The position numbers and the translations under genes are program-made. A stretch of 64,000 bases of DNA from NCBI GenBank assembly GCA_951406725.2, contig OX597815.1, positions 213,156,001 through 213,220,000 on the forward strand, written 5' to 3'. The stretch comes from Octopus vulgaris. Its lineage: Eukaryota. Shown here piece after piece: positions 13,633-28,076 of this stretch. Position 1 is the first letter of the stretch. Every line of letters starts with the position of its first letter. A model generated the notes under the pieces. The model was not told the origin of the DNA, ran no database searches, and saw only the letters and a program-made list of their open reading frames with translations.

Positions 13633-14465
13633 GTTTTTCTCCCCCACCAAATTTCAATATTTGTCAGAAAAAGTTGAAAACTTAAGAGCAAAATCTCTTA
13701 TTCTAATGATTGACAATTTTAGTTCCAGATTAACATTCGATGACTTCCTATTGCGGATGAAGCATTCAAGGATATCTTAATGATGAAAGAGAGTTTGTTT
13801 TTTCATTCACAGTTATCATAGGACTAAGAATTAATACTCAAGTGAAATCAGTAGCCACTTCTTTAGCCCTTTCGTTACTATATTTCTGACCAAAATACAC
13901 CCCTCATGAGTTTCAATTATATTCTGCAATGATGAACTCTATCTAATCCATGCAGGCATGGAAAAGATGTTAAAACGTGGATGAGTATGATAAATTCATG
14001 CAATATAAAGCTTTTAGACAGCAACTACAGGGGTTAGCACCACAAAACACTGCCCCAAAATCACATATTGGAAGCATGATAACATAGAAAAGCAAACAAA
14101 AAACGACAATGAAAAATAATGAAGATTCAATAATAAACCAATACTGATGGCAACAGAATAAACAAACTCCCTTGAATGAGTAGCAATTGGAGCCCCTCTA
14201 CAACAAAGACCTGCTCTTGCCCAAGTTTTGTACTCTTGTGAGCTGCATGGTTGCCTGTGGTGTGGGAAAAGCACCCAGTATACATTGTAACAGGGTTAGT
14301 GTTGAGAAGGACATCCAAGCCCAAGCAGGCACTGGTGGATGATACAATCTTGGGATCCATCAGACCCTGCTGAACTCTCCAGACAATGCCAGCAAGGAGC
14401 ATAGACATTAAACGATGATTATGAGAGACAGGCATATTATTAGTTGTTGGCAACAGAATAAACAT

Positions 14466-14597
14466 ACATGTAGCACAGTTAGTATATACCAGTAACAATT
14501 AGATCATAGCCAGTAGATTACTAGCATGTGCACTTACTGTCCCTGAACGCACGGCACAACATATATATATAAATATATGTATGGTTCATAGTCAGGG
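14466..14597 (-). ncRNA. H/ACA snoRNA-like copy
   Basis: Duplicate of the 11172 copy. Confidence 0.72.
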
Positions 14598-15153
14598 CTT
14601 CTCCCCAATTTCAACTTCTGTTAGAAAAACAGTTTAAAACTTAGCAAAATCTTTTAAGTACATTTCCAATGAAAGGCAATGCAAATGAATATCGGTTTAC
14701 ATTTCAGATCTACACTATTACTAAATTATTTCATATCATTTATTATCTATTGAAAAAAGAAATGAATTTTAAAGTTTACACACAAAATTTGCCCAATATA
14801 AAAGCAACAAGGTTGAGGAAAGGATTACAGAAAAATTCACAAGCCAATCATCAATATATCAACACATGATAATATTATAATGTACTGACAAACATTGAGT
14901 AGACACCAGTAACAACTAGGACATATGCAGTAGATTACTAGTAAATGCATCTAATATCTCTAAACTATACAACACAATATCCTTATGCTCTCAAAGTCAG
15001 GGTTTTTTCAACAAATTTTATAACTGACTTATATGCTACCAAGACCCACACAAAAATGAGAGAAGATTTTGATGAAAAAAAAAGAGATTCTATAATAAAC
15101 CAATGCAGATGGTCATAATATTACTTGCTGACAATAGAATAAAATAAAACAAC

Positions 15154-15279
15154 ACATGTAGCACACTATATGTACCAGTAACAATTAGAATATAACCAGT
15201 AGATGCATGTGCATTTACTATCCCTAAACATTACGGCATAACAAATAAGAAAATATATGCATGCTGTCAAAAGTTAGGG
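15154..15279 (-). ncRNA. H/ACA snoRNA-like copy
   Basis: Duplicate of the 11860 copy. Confidence 0.68.
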
Positions 15280-16112
15280 GTTTTTCTCCCCCACCAAATT
15301 TCAATATTTGTCAGAAAAAGTTGAAAACTTAAGAGCAAAATCTCTTATTCTAATGATTGACAATTTTAGTTCCAGATTAACATTCGATGACTTCCTATTG
15401 CGGATGAAGCATTCAAGGATATCTTAATGATGAAAGAGAGTTTGTTTTTTCATTCACAGTTATCATAGGACTAAGAATTAATACTCAAGTGAAATCAGTA
15501 GCCACTTCTTTAGCCCTTTCGTTACTATATTTCTGACCAAAATACACCCCTCATGAGTTTCAATTATATTCTGCAATGATGAACTCTATCTAATCCATGC
15601 AGGCATGGAAAAGATGTTAAAACGTGGATGAGTATGATAAATTCATGCAATATAAAGCTTTTAGACAGCAACTACAGGGGTTAGCACCACAAAACACTGC
15701 CCCAAAAACACATATTGGAAGCATGATAACATAGAAAAGCAAACAAAAAACGACAATGAAAAATAATGAAGATTCAATAATAAACCAATACTGATGGCAA
15801 CAGAATAAACAAACTCCCTTGAATGAGTAGCAATTGGAGCCCCTCTACAACAAAGACCTGCTCTTGCCCAAGTTTTGTACTCTTGTGAGCTGCATGGTTG
15901 CCTGTGGTGTGGGAAAAGCACCCAGTATACATTGTAACAGGGTTAGTGTTGAGAAGGACATCCAAGCCCAAGCAGGCACTGGTGGATGATACAATCTTGG
16001 GATCCATCAGACCCTGCTGAACTCTCCAGACAATGCCAGCAAGGAGCATAGACATTAAACGATGATTATGAGAGACAGGCATATTATTAGTTGTTGGCAA
16101 CAGAATAAACAT

Positions 16113-16244
16113 ACATGTAGCACAGTTAGTATATACCAGTAACAATTAGATCATAGCCAGTAGATTACTAGCATGTGCACTTACTGTCCCTGAACGCACG
16201 GCACAACATATATATATAAATATATGTATGGTTCATAGTCAGGG
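16113..16244 (-). ncRNA. H/ACA snoRNA-like copy
   Basis: Duplicate of the 11172 copy. Confidence 0.72.
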
Positions 16245-16801
16245 CTTCTCCCCAATTTCAACTTCTGTTAGAAAAACAGTTTAAAACTTAGCAAAATCTT
16301 TTAAGTACATTTCCAATGAAAGGCAATGCAAATGAATATCGGTTTACATTTCAGATCTACACTATTACTAAATTATTTCATATCATTTATTATCTATTGA
16401 AAAAAGAAATGAATTTTAAAGTTTACACACAAAATTTGCCCAATATAAAAGCAACAAGGTTGAGGAAAGGATTACAGAAAAATTCACAAGCCAATCATCA
16501 ATATATCAACACATGATAATATTATAATGTACTGACAAACATTGAGTAGACACCAGTAACAACTAGGACATATGCAGTAGATTACTAGTAAATGCATCTA
16601 ATATCTCTAAACTATACAACACAATATCCTTATGCTCTCAAAGTCAGGGTTTTTTCAACAAATTTTATAACTGACTTATATGCTACCAAGACCCACACAA
16701 AAATGAGAGAAGATTTTGATGAAAAAAAAAAGAGATTCTATAATAAACCAATGCAGATGGTCATAATATTACTTGCTGACAATAGAATAAAATAAAACAA
16801 C

Positions 16802-16927
16802 ACATGTAGCACACTATATGTACCAGTAACAATTAGAATATAACCAGTAGATGCATGTGCATTTACTATCCCTAAACATTACGGCATAACAAATAAGAAA
16901 ATATATGCATGCTGTCAAAAGTTAGGG
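16802..16927 (-). ncRNA. H/ACA snoRNA-like copy
   Basis: Duplicate of the 11860 copy. Confidence 0.68.
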
Positions 16928-17495
16928 GTTTTTCTCCCCCACCAAATTTCAATATTTGTCAGAAAAAGTTGAAAACTTAAGAGCAAAATCTCTTATTCTA
17001 ATGATTGACAATTTTAGTTCCAGATTAACATTCGATGACTTCCTATTGCGGATGAAGCATTCAAGGATATCTTAATGATGAAAGAGAGTTTGTTTTTTCA
17101 TTCACAATTATCATAGGACTAAGAATATTCTAGTGAAATCAGTAGCCACTTCTTTAAACTAAAATGAAAATTAAAAGGACATAATATCAAATATATTTCT
17201 AAGACTCTCTCACAGGATAAACAAGAAATGAAAAGAAAGAAGTATTCATTTAGAGAAAATATTCTACTAGTTAAATAGAAAATATTAGCTAACACAAGAC
17301 AACCCATGGATGCCAGTACCATCTTCAAAAGATTTTCCATTGAGTATCTAGTTTGTTGTTACACACCCTACGTATTGTAATAAAATCAAAAATTTAAAGT
17401 TTACAAAAAGAAATTAGTCAATATAAAAACTATAATAAAGAAGCAATAAAATCCACAAGAAAACAATCAACATGTATCAGTACATGGTAATACTA

Positions 17496-17613
17496 ACATG
17501 TAGCACAGTGAGTAGTAACAACTAGAATATACCCAGTAGATTACTAGCAAGTGCATTTAGTATCCCTAAACTATACGACATAACAAAATATTTGTATGCT
17601 CTCAAGGTCAGGG
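17496..17613 (-). ncRNA. H/ACA snoRNA-like copy (CCTTGAGA subfamily, small deletion)
   Basis: H box ATACTA, ACAtgt. Confidence 0.62.
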
Positions 17614-18893
17614 TTTCTTTCTTTGATTGTATTTTTCTTTCAGCATGTTGAAAACAGAGAGAGAAAATATTCTTTTACTGTAGAGGAGACTTGAAGTAAT
17701 GGTAGTGGAAATGAAAGTGAAAGTAAAGTAATTTATGCCAACAAAGGAAGCAGCTGATAGGATATAAATATTCCAGAGTTTTAATAAATGATACCAGGAC
17801 ACACAAAAAAAGATAACGCACAAGTAAATTTCTAAAAATATTTCTCTCTTTGAACAATAACAGGAAATTATGGTTGAAGAGTCAAACATAGAAGATAATT
17901 AGAAGAGACAGCACTGCAACAGAAAAAGGTATGAAGCCATTGAAGAAATGAAAGCCTTTCTTGTATAAACAATGGAGGTGAAACACCCCAATTCCAACAT
18001 ATGACCAATAAATGTTTTCTGGAAAATACTGTGTACATTCAAGATATGAACCCTATTATTAAAAAGAATATTTTACAAAGAGATTGTGCTTAGTCCTTCA
18101 TAACGGTCATGGGGCAAATGCCTAATTTTGCATAGGACTAGGAAGATAAATGCCTACTGTATGGTGTTTTAGATAGTAATATTTCATATATGTGTGTGTG
18201 TGTATATATATATATATACATATGTACACACACATATGTATACGTATGCAAGTATGTATGTATATATGTAATGTGAGATAATAGTTTCACTATGTATATG
18301 ATATGAAACTATTATCTCACATTACAATAGAGATGTTATTGTTTCACTTTTGACTCATAATACTGAAACAGGCTAAAAGATTGCTCGAGACTCGCATTAG
18401 GCAAGAAGGTGGAAAATTATTTTAGCCCATGACACTCTATAGACCCTATGCAGTGTATGTGTAAAATTTAAATGAAATCGGCTGAGTAGTTCTAGAGTTT
18501 TAGTGATACATACTTTCTCAGCTTTATATGCATAGATATCCTTAGAACTTTGTGCATATGTTTTCATGTACTGACACATGTCCAGCCAAAGAGCAATATA
18601 TTTAGAAACAGGCAAGTGTCGATTACTGGACAGGCCTGCCTTGTAGAAAATCTGCCACAATGAACTTTATCTAATCCATGCAGGCATGGAAAAGATGTTA
18701 AAACGTGGATGAGTATGATAAATTCATGCAATATAAAGCCTTTAGACAGCAACTACAGGGTTTAGCACCACAAAACACTGCCCCAAAAACACCTATTGGA
18801 AGCATGATAACATAGAAAAGCAAACAAAAAACGACAATGAAAAATAATGAAGATTCAATAATAAACCAATACTGATGGCAACAGAATAAACAA

Positions 18894-19023
18894 ACATGTA
18901 GCACAGTTAGTGTATACCAGTAACAATTAGATCATAGCCAGTCGATTACTAGCATGTGCATTTACTGTCCCTGACCACACGGCATAACAAATAAGAAAAT
19001 ATAAGTATGGGACATAGTTAGGG
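18894..19023 (-). ncRNA. H/ACA snoRNA-like copy (CTATGTCC subfamily)
   Basis: H box ACAGTA, ACAtgt, both stems intact. Confidence 0.72.
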
Positions 19024-19168
19024 TTTTCTTTTCCTTCCAAATTTCAATATTTGTTGGAAAAACAGTTTAAAACCTTTGATAACAGCAAATTCTTCCAAGT
19101 ATATTCCTACCAAATAGCAATGCAAATGAACCATCACTAAATTATAATTCCACACTAAATTACTTCAT

Positions 19169-19510
19169 ATCATCATCATCATCATCGTCGTTTAACGTCC
19201 GTTCTCCATGCTAGCATGGGTTGGACGGTTCGACCGGGGTTCTGGGAAGCCAGAAGGCTGCACCAGGCTCCAGTCTAATCTGGCAATGTTTCTACAGCTG
19301 GATGCCCTTCCTAACGTCAACCACTCCGTGAGTGTAGTGGGTGCTTTTTACGTGCCACCTGCACAGGTGCCAGGCGGGGCTGGCAACGGCCACGGTCAGA
19401 TTGGTGTATTTTATGTGCCACCGGCACGGAAGCCAGTCGAGGCGGTGCTGGCATCGGCCACGAGTCGGATAGTGCTTTTTACGTACCACCAGACCAGGGA
19501 TCCTGGCTGG
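19169..19510 (-). mobile_element. RTE-tail retroposon (SINE or short LINE 3' end) inserted in one array unit; same family at about 20607, 40520, 40983, 55825, 57055, 57595, 63898
   Basis: Matches the 3' end of the 37409 LINE (GGCACGTAAAAAGCACC repeats, CCATGCTAGCATGG, (GAT)n). Absent from sister units. Confidence 0.85.
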
Positions 19511-20051
19511 TGTTCTGTAGAAGAAATCTATTTCTTCTATTCAAAAATATTTACAAGACCCTCTATCAGTATAATAAGAGATATTTATTGAAGCTAAAAA
19601 TATCCTAGACTAAATATGGTTAATCATGGATCACATGATGCTTTTCAAAAAATTAATCCATAGAGTATCTAATTTCATTTTACTCAGTCTCTAATGTGAT
19701 GAACTTAAATATTACAAAGAGAAATTACCCAATATAAAAACTATAACAAACTGAGGGAGAAATATATTTGGAAACAGACATGTGTTGATTACTGGACAGG
19801 CATCTCTTGTAGAAATGATAAACTTTATCTAATCCATGCAGGCATGGAAAAGATGTTAAAACGTGGATGAGTATGATAAATTCATGCAATATAAAGCTTT
19901 TAGACAGCAACTACAGAGGTTAGCACCACAAAACACTGCCCCAAAAACACCTATTGGAAGCATGATAACATAGAAAAGCAAACAAAAAACGACAATGAAA
20001 AATAATGAAGATTCAATAATAAACCAATACTGATGGCAACAGAATAAACAA

Positions 20052-20183
20052 ACATGTAGCACAGTTAGTGTATACCAGTAACAATTAGATCACAGCCAGT
20101 CGATTACTAGCATGTGCATTTACTGTCCCTGAACGCACGGCACAACATATATATATAAATATATGTATGGTTCATTGTCAGGG
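20052..20183 (-). ncRNA. H/ACA snoRNA-like copy (CAATGAAC variant)
   Basis: H box ACAGTA, ACAtgt. Confidence 0.7.
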
Positions 20184-21243
20184 CTTCTCCCCAATTTCAA
20201 CTTCTGTTAGAAAAACAGTTTAAAACTTAGCAAAATCTTTTAAGTACATTTCCAATGAAAGGCAATGCAAATGAATATCGGTTTACATTTCAGATCTACA
20301 CTATTTCTAAATTATTTCATATCATTTATTATCTAAATGTTTAGTAGGTGGAATTATTATTTCAAAATGATCTTTTAAAACAATTGCAGCATGGAAGGTG
20401 TTTATAAGCCATTTAAGAAACACACAAAAACCGTTAGATTCACTTCAACATTTAAATTTAATTTGCCAAAATATTTTCGTCACTCTGAGAGCACGACCTG
20501 TTCACTGACAAAATTCCATGCTGCATCTGAGAAAGTAACAGTTAGTACGTGGTATGTATGTGTGTATGTATGTAATTTAGCATTAGACATCTAGTTCAAA
20601 TATTCTCATCATCATCATCATTTAACGTCCGCTCTCCATGCTAGCATGGGTTGGACGGTTCAACTGGGGTCTGGGGAGCCCGAAAGCTGCACCAGTCCAG
20701 TCAGATCTGGCAGTGTTTAAACTTGCCAGACCCAACCTCTTACACTTATCTCTAAACTATACAACACAATATCCTTATGCTCTTAAAGTCAGGGATTTTT
20801 CAACAAATTTTATAACTGACTTATATGCTGCCAAGACCCTCACAAAAATGAGAGAAGATTTTGAAGAGCAGTTTTCCCAAACAGATGCATGAAAAATACA
20901 GCAGCCCAATAGAAAGTGGTATGACACCATTAAAGAAATGAAAGCCATTCTTGTATGTACTATGAGATAGAAAAATATCTATTTGGAAATCGGTGAAGCT
21001 GTAGAAAATTTGTGCCAATGTAATTTTGCAGGTCTGCAAAATAGGACAAATTCATGCAATAAAAAGCTTCCTGACAGCAACTACAAGGGTTAGTACCAGA
21101 AAAAACTGCTGAAAAAATTTCCATTGAAATCATGACAACATGGAAAAGACATAAAAATGATGAACAAAAAAAAGAGATTCTATAATAAACCAATGCAGAT
21201 GGTCATAATATTACTTGCTGACAATAGAATAAAATAAAACAAC

Positions 21244-21369
21244 ACATGTAGCACACTATATGTACCAGTAACAATTAGAATATAACCAGTAGATGCATGT
21301 GCATTTACTATCCCTAAACATTACGGCATAACAAATAAGAAAATATATGCATGCTGTCAAAAGTTAGGG
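21244..21369 (-). ncRNA. H/ACA snoRNA-like copy
   Basis: 11860-type, H box ATAGTA, ACA. Confidence 0.68.
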
Positions 21370-21901
21370 TTTTTCTCCCCCACCAAATTTCAATATTTGT
21401 CAGAAAAAGTTGAAAACTTAAGAGCAAAATCTCTTATTCTAATGATTGACAATTTTAGTTCCAGATTAACATTCGATGACTTCATATTGCAGATGAAGCA
21501 TTCAAGGATATCTTAATGATGAAAGAGAGTTTGTTTTTTCATCCACAATTATCATAGGACTAAGAATTAATACTCAAGTGAAATCAGTAGCCACTTCTTT
21601 AGCCCTTTCGTTACTATATTTCTGACCAAAATACACCCCTCATGAGTTTCAATTATATTCTGCTATGATGAACTTTATCTAATCCATGCAGGCATGGAAA
21701 AAAAGTTAAAACGTGGATGAGTATGATAAATTCATGCAATATAAAGCTTTTAGACAGCAACTACAGGGTTTAGCCCCACAAAACACTGCCCCAAAAACAC
21801 ATATTGGAAGCATGATAACATAGAAAAGCAAACAAAAAACGACAATGAAAAATAATGAAGATTCAATAATAAACCAATACTGATGGCAACAGAATAAACA
21901 A

Positions 21902-22031
21902 ACATGTAGCACAGTTAGTGTATACCAGTAACAATTAGATCATAGCCAGTCGATTACTAGCATGTGCATTTACTGTCCCTGACCACACGGCATAACAAAT
22001 AAGAAAATATAAGTATGGGACATAGTTAGGG
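21902..22031 (-). ncRNA. H/ACA snoRNA-like copy
   Basis: 18894-type. Confidence 0.72.
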
Positions 22032-22738
22032 TTTTCTTTTCCTTCCAAATTTCAATTTTTGTTGGAAAATCAGTTTAAAACCTTTGATAACAGCAAATTC
22101 TTTCGAATATATTCCCACCAAATAGCAATGCAAATGAACTAGCACTAAATTATAATTCCACACTAAATTACTTTGTGTTTTTAATTATCTAATGATGTGT
22201 TCTGTAGAAGAAATCTATTTCTTCTATTCAAAAATATTTACAAGACCCTCTATCGGTATAATAAGAGATATTTATTGAAGCTAAAAATATCCTAGACTAA
22301 ATATGGTTAATCATGGATCACATGATGCTTTTCAAAAAATTAATCCATAGAGTATCTAATTTCATTTTACTCAGTCTCTAATGTGATGAACTTAAATATT
22401 ACAAAGAGAAATTACCCAATATAAAAACTATAATAAACTGAGAGAGAAATATATTTGGAAACAGGCATGTATTGATTACTGGACAGGCATCTCTTGTAGA
22501 AATGATAAACTTTATCTAATCCATGCAGGCATGGAAAAGATGTTAAAACGTGGATGAGTATGATAAATTCATGCAATATAAAGCTTTTAGACAGCAACTA
22601 CAGGGGTTAGCACCACAAAACACTGCCCCAAAAACACATATTGGAAGCATGATAACATAGAAAAGCAAACAAAAAACGACAATGAAAAATAATGAAGATT
22701 CAATAATAAACCAATACTGATGGCAACAGAATAAACAA

Positions 22739-22870
22739 ACATGTAGCACAGTTAGTGTATACCAGTAACAATTAGATCACAGCCAGTCGATTACTAGCAT
22801 GTGCATTTACTGTCCCTGAACGCACGGCACAACATATATATATAAATATATGTATGGTTCATTGTCAGGG
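22739..22870 (-). ncRNA. H/ACA snoRNA-like copy
   Basis: 20052-type. Confidence 0.7.
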
Positions 22871-23847
22871 CTTCTCCCCAATTTCAACTTCTGTTAGAAA
22901 AACAGTTTAAAACTTAGCAAAATCTTTTAAGTACATTTCCAATGAAAGGCAATGCAAATGAATATCGGTTTACACTTCAGATCTACACTATTTCTAAATT
23001 ATTTCATATCATTTATTATCTAAATGTTTAGTAGGTGGAATTATTATTTCAAAATGATCTTTTAAAACAATTGCAGCATGGAAGGTGTTTATAAGCCATT
23101 TAAGAAACACACAAAAACCGTTAGATTCACTTCAACATTTAAATTTAATTTGCCAAAATATTTTCGTCACTCTGAGAGCACGACCTGTTCACTGACAAAA
23201 TTCCATGCTGTATCTGAGAAAGTAACAGTTAGTACATGGTATGTATGTGTGTATGTATGTAATTTAGCATTAGACATCTAGTTCAAATATTCTAGCTCTT
23301 TTATATTCAAACTTGCCAGACCCAACCTCTTACACTTATCTCTAAACTATACAACACAATATCCTTATGCTCTCAAAGTCAGGGATTTTTCAACAAATTT
23401 TATAACTGACTTATATGCTGCCAAGACCCTCACAAAAATGAGAGAAGATTTTGAAGAGCAGTTTTCCCAAACAGATGCATGAAAAATACAGCAGCCCAAT
23501 AGAAAGTGGTATGACACCATTAAAGAAATGAAAGCCATTCTTGTATGTACTATGAGATAGAAAAATATCTATTTGGAAATCGGTGAAGCTGTAGAAAATT
23601 TGTGCCAATGTAATTTTGCAGGACCCATGCAAACATGGGTCTGCAAAATAGGACAAATTCATGCAATAAAAAGCTTCCTGACAGCAACTACAAGGGTTAG
23701 TACCAGAAAAAACTGCTGAAAAAATTTCCATTGAAATCATGACATGGAAAAGACATAAAAATGATGAACAAAAAAAAGAGATTCTATAATAAACCAATGC
23801 AGATGGTCATAATATTACTTGCTGACAATAGAATAAAATAAAACAAC

Positions 23848-23973
23848 ACATGTAGCACACTATATGTACCAGTAACAATTAGAATATAACCAGTAGATGC
23901 ATGTGCATTTACTATCCCTAAACATTACGGCATAACAAATAAGAAAATATATGCATGCTGTCAAAAGTTAGGG
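23848..23973 (-). ncRNA. H/ACA snoRNA-like copy
   Basis: 11860-type. Confidence 0.68.
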
Positions 23974-24506
23974 GTTTTTCTCCCCCACCAAATTTCAATA
24001 TTTGTCAGAAAAAGTTGAAAACTTAAGAGCAAAATCTCTTATTCTAATGATTGACAATTTTAGCTCCAGATTAACATTCGATGGCTTCATATTGCGGATG
24101 AAGCATTCAAGGATATCTTAATGATGAAAGAGAGTTTGTTTTTTCATTCACAGTTATCATAGGACTAAGAATTAATACTCAAGTGAAATCAGTAGCCACT
24201 TCTTTAGCCCTTTCGTTACTATATTTCTGACCAAAATACACCCCTCATGAGTTTCAATTATATTCTGCTATGATGAACTTTATCTAATCCATGCAGGCAT
24301 GGAAAAAAAGTTAAAATGTGGATGAGTATGATAAATTCATGCAATATAAAGCTTTTAGACAGCAACTACAGAGGTTAGCACCACAAAACACTGCCCCAAA
24401 AACACATATTGGAAGCATGATAACATAGAAAAGCAAACAAAAAACGACAATGAAAAATAATGAAGATTCAATAATAAACCAATACTGATGGCAACAGAAT
24501 AAACAA

Positions 24507-24636
24507 ACATGTAGCACAGTTAGTGTATACCAGTAACAATTAGATCATAGCCAGTCGATTACTAGCATGTGCATTTACTGTCCCTGACCACACGGCATAA
24601 CAAATAAGAAAATATAAGTATGGGACATAGTTAGGG
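24507..24636 (-). ncRNA. H/ACA snoRNA-like copy
   Basis: 18894-type. Confidence 0.72.
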
Positions 24637-25343
24637 TTTTCTTTTCCTTCCAAATTTCAATTTTTGTTGGAAAATCAGTTTAAAACCTTTGATAACAGCA
24701 AATTCTTTCGAATATATTCCCACCAAATAGCAATGCAAATGAACTAGCACTAAATTATAATTCCACACTAAATTACTTTGTGTTTTTAATTATCTAATGA
24801 TGTGTTCTGTAGAAGAAATCTATTTCTTCTATTCAAAAATATTTACAAGACCCTCTATCGGTATAATAAGAGATATTTATTGAAGCTAAAAATATCCTAG
24901 ACTAAATATGGTTAATCATGGATCACATGATGCTTTTCAAAAAATTAATCCATAGAGTATCTAATTTCATTTTACTCAGTCTCTAATGTGATGAACTTAA
25001 ATATTACAAAGAGAAATTACCCAATATAAAAACTATAATAAACTGAGAGAGAAATATATTTGGAAACAGGCATGTATTGATTACTGGACAGGCATCTCTT
25101 GTAGAAATGATAAACTTTATCTAATCCATGCAGGCATGGAAAAGATGTTAAAACGTGGATGAGTATGATAAATTCATGCAATATAAAGCTTTTAGACAGC
25201 AACTACAGGGGTTAGCACCACAAAACACTGCCCCAAAAACACATATTGGAAGCATGATAACATAGAAAAGCAAACAAAAAACGACAATGAAAAATAATGA
25301 AGATTCAATAATAAACCAATACTGATGGCAACAGAATAAACAA

Positions 25344-25475
25344 ACATGTAGCACAGTTAGTGTATACCAGTAACAATTAGATCACAGCCAGTCGATTACT
25401 AGCATGTGCATTTACTGTCCCTGAACGCACGGCACAACATATATATATAAATATATGTATGGTTCATTGTCAGGG
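25344..25475 (-). ncRNA. H/ACA snoRNA-like copy
   Basis: 20052-type. Confidence 0.7.
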
Positions 25476-26451
25476 CTTCTCCCCAATTTCAACTTCTGTT
25501 AGAAAAACAGTTTAAAACTTAGCAAAATCTTTTAAGTACATTTCCAATGAAAGGCAATGCAAATGAATATCGGTTTACACTTCAGATCTACACTATTTCT
25601 AAATTATTTCATATCATTTATTATCTAAATGTTTAGTAGGTGGAATTATTATTTCAAAATGATCTTTTAAAACAATTGCAGCATGGAAGGTGTTTATAAG
25701 CCATTTAAGAAACACACAAAAACCGTTAGATTCACTTCAACATTTAAATTTAATTTGCCAAAATATTTTCGTCACTCTGAGAGCACGACCTGTTCACTGA
25801 CAAAATTCCATGCTGCATCTGAGAAAGTAACAGTTAGTACATGGTATGTATGTGTGTATGTATGTAATTTAGCATTAGACATCTAGTTCAAATATTCTAG
25901 CTCTTTTATATTCAAACTTGCCAGACCCAACCTCTTACACTTATCTCTAAACTATACAACACAATATCCTTATGCTCTCAAAGTCAGGGATTTTTCAACA
26001 AATTTTATAACTGACTTATATGCTGCCAAGACCCTCACAAAAATGAGAGAAGATTTTGAAGAGCAGTTTTCCCAAACAGATGCATGAAAAATACAGCAGC
26101 CCAATAGAAAGTGGTATGACACCATTAAAGAAATGAAAGCCATTCTTGTATGTACTATGAGATAGAAAAATATCTATTTGGAAATCGGTGAAGCTGTAGA
26201 AAATTTGTGCCAATGTAATTTTGCAGGACCCATGCAAACATGGGTCTGCAAAATAGGACAAATTCATGCAATAAAAAGCTTCCTGACAGCAACTACAAGG
26301 GTTAGTACCAGAAAAAACTGCTGAAAAAATTTCCATTGAAATCATGACATGGAAAAGACATAAAAATGATGAACAAAAAAAGAGATTCTATAATAAACCA
26401 ATGCAGATGGTCATAATATTACTTGCTGACAATAGAATAAAATAAAACAAC

Positions 26452-26577
26452 ACATGTAGCACACTATATGTACCAGTAACAATTAGAATATAACCAGTAG
26501 ATGCATGTGCATTTACTATCCCTAAACATTACGGCATAACAAATAAGAAAATATATGCATGCTGTCAAAAGTTAGGG
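26452..26577 (-). ncRNA. H/ACA snoRNA-like copy
   Basis: 11860-type. Confidence 0.68.
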
Positions 26578-27110
26578 GTTTTTCTCCCCCACCAAATTTC
26601 AATATTTGTCAGAAAAAGTTGAAAACTTAAGAGCAAAATCTCTTATTCTAATGATTGACAATTTTAGCTCCAGATTAACATTCGATGGCTTCATATTGCG
26701 GATGAAGCATTCAAGGATATCTTAATGATGAAAGAGAGTTTGTTTTTTCATTCACAGTTATCATAGGACTAAGAATTAATACTCAAGTGAAATCAGTAGC
26801 CACTTCTTTAGCCCTTTCGTTACTATATTTCTGACCAAAATACACCCCTCATGAGTTTCAATTATATTCTGCTATGATGAACTTTATCTAATCCATGCAG
26901 GCATGGAAAAAAAGTTAAAACGTGGATGAGTATGATAAATTCATGCAATATAAAGCTTTTAGACAGCAACTACAGGGGTTAGCACCACAAAACACTGCCC
27001 CAAAAACACATATTGGAAGCATGATAACATAGAAAAGCAAACAAAAAACGACAATGAAAAATAATGAAGATTCAATAATAAACCAATACTGATGGCAACA
27101 GAATAAACAA

Positions 27111-27240
27111 ACATGTAGCACAGTTAGTGTATACCAGTAACAATTAGATCATAGCCAGTCGATTACTAGCATGTGCATTTACTGTCCCTGACCACACGGC
27201 ATAACAAATAAGAAAATATAAGTATGGGACATAGTTAGGG
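27111..27240 (-). ncRNA. H/ACA snoRNA-like copy
   Basis: 18894-type. Confidence 0.72.
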
Positions 27241-27946
27241 TTTTCTTTTCCTTCCAAATTTCAATTTTTGTTGGAAAATCAGTTTAAAACCTTTGATAAC
27301 AGCAAATTCTTTCGAATATATTCCCACCAAATAGCAATGCAAATGAACTAGCACTAAATTATAATTCCACACTAAATTACTTTGTGTTTTTAATTATCTA
27401 ATGATGTGTTCTGTAGAAGAAATCTATTTCTTCTATTCAAAAATATTTACAAGACCCTCTATCGGTATAATAAGAGATATTTATTGAAGCTAAAAATATC
27501 CTAGACTAAATATGGTTAATCATGGATCACATGATGCTTTTCAAAAAATTAATCCATAGAGTATCTAATTTCATTTTACTCAGTCTCTAATGTGATGAAC
27601 TTAAATATTACAAAGAGAAATTACCCAATATAAAAACTATAATAAACTGAGAGAGAAATATATTTGGAAACAGGCATGTATTGATTACTGGACAGGCATC
27701 TCTTGTAGAAATGATAAACTTTATCTAATCCATGCAGGCATGGAAAAGATGTTAAAACGTGGATGAGTATGATAAATTCATGCAATATAAAGCTTTTAGA
27801 CAGCAACTACAGGGTTAGCACCACAAAACACTGCCCCAAAAACACATATTGGAAGCATGATAACATAGAAAAGCAAACAAAAAACGACAATGAAAAATAA
27901 TGAAGATTCAATAATAAACCAATACTGATGGCAACAGAATAAACAA

Positions 27947-28076
27947 ACATGTAGCACAGTTAGTGTATACCAGTAACAATTAGATCATAGCCAGTCGATT
28001 ACTAGCATGTGCATTTACTGTCCCTGACCACACGGCATAACAAATAAGAAAATATAAGTATGGGACATAGTTAGGG
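27947..28076 (-). ncRNA. H/ACA snoRNA-like copy
   Basis: 18894-type. Confidence 0.72.

Larger units (their letters stand above)
10874..17155. repeat. Tandem array A: 1647-bp unit x about 3.8, near-identical, three H/ACA copies per unit
   Basis: Identical ORFs recur at 11375/13022/14669/16316 (period 1647). Confidence 0.97.
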
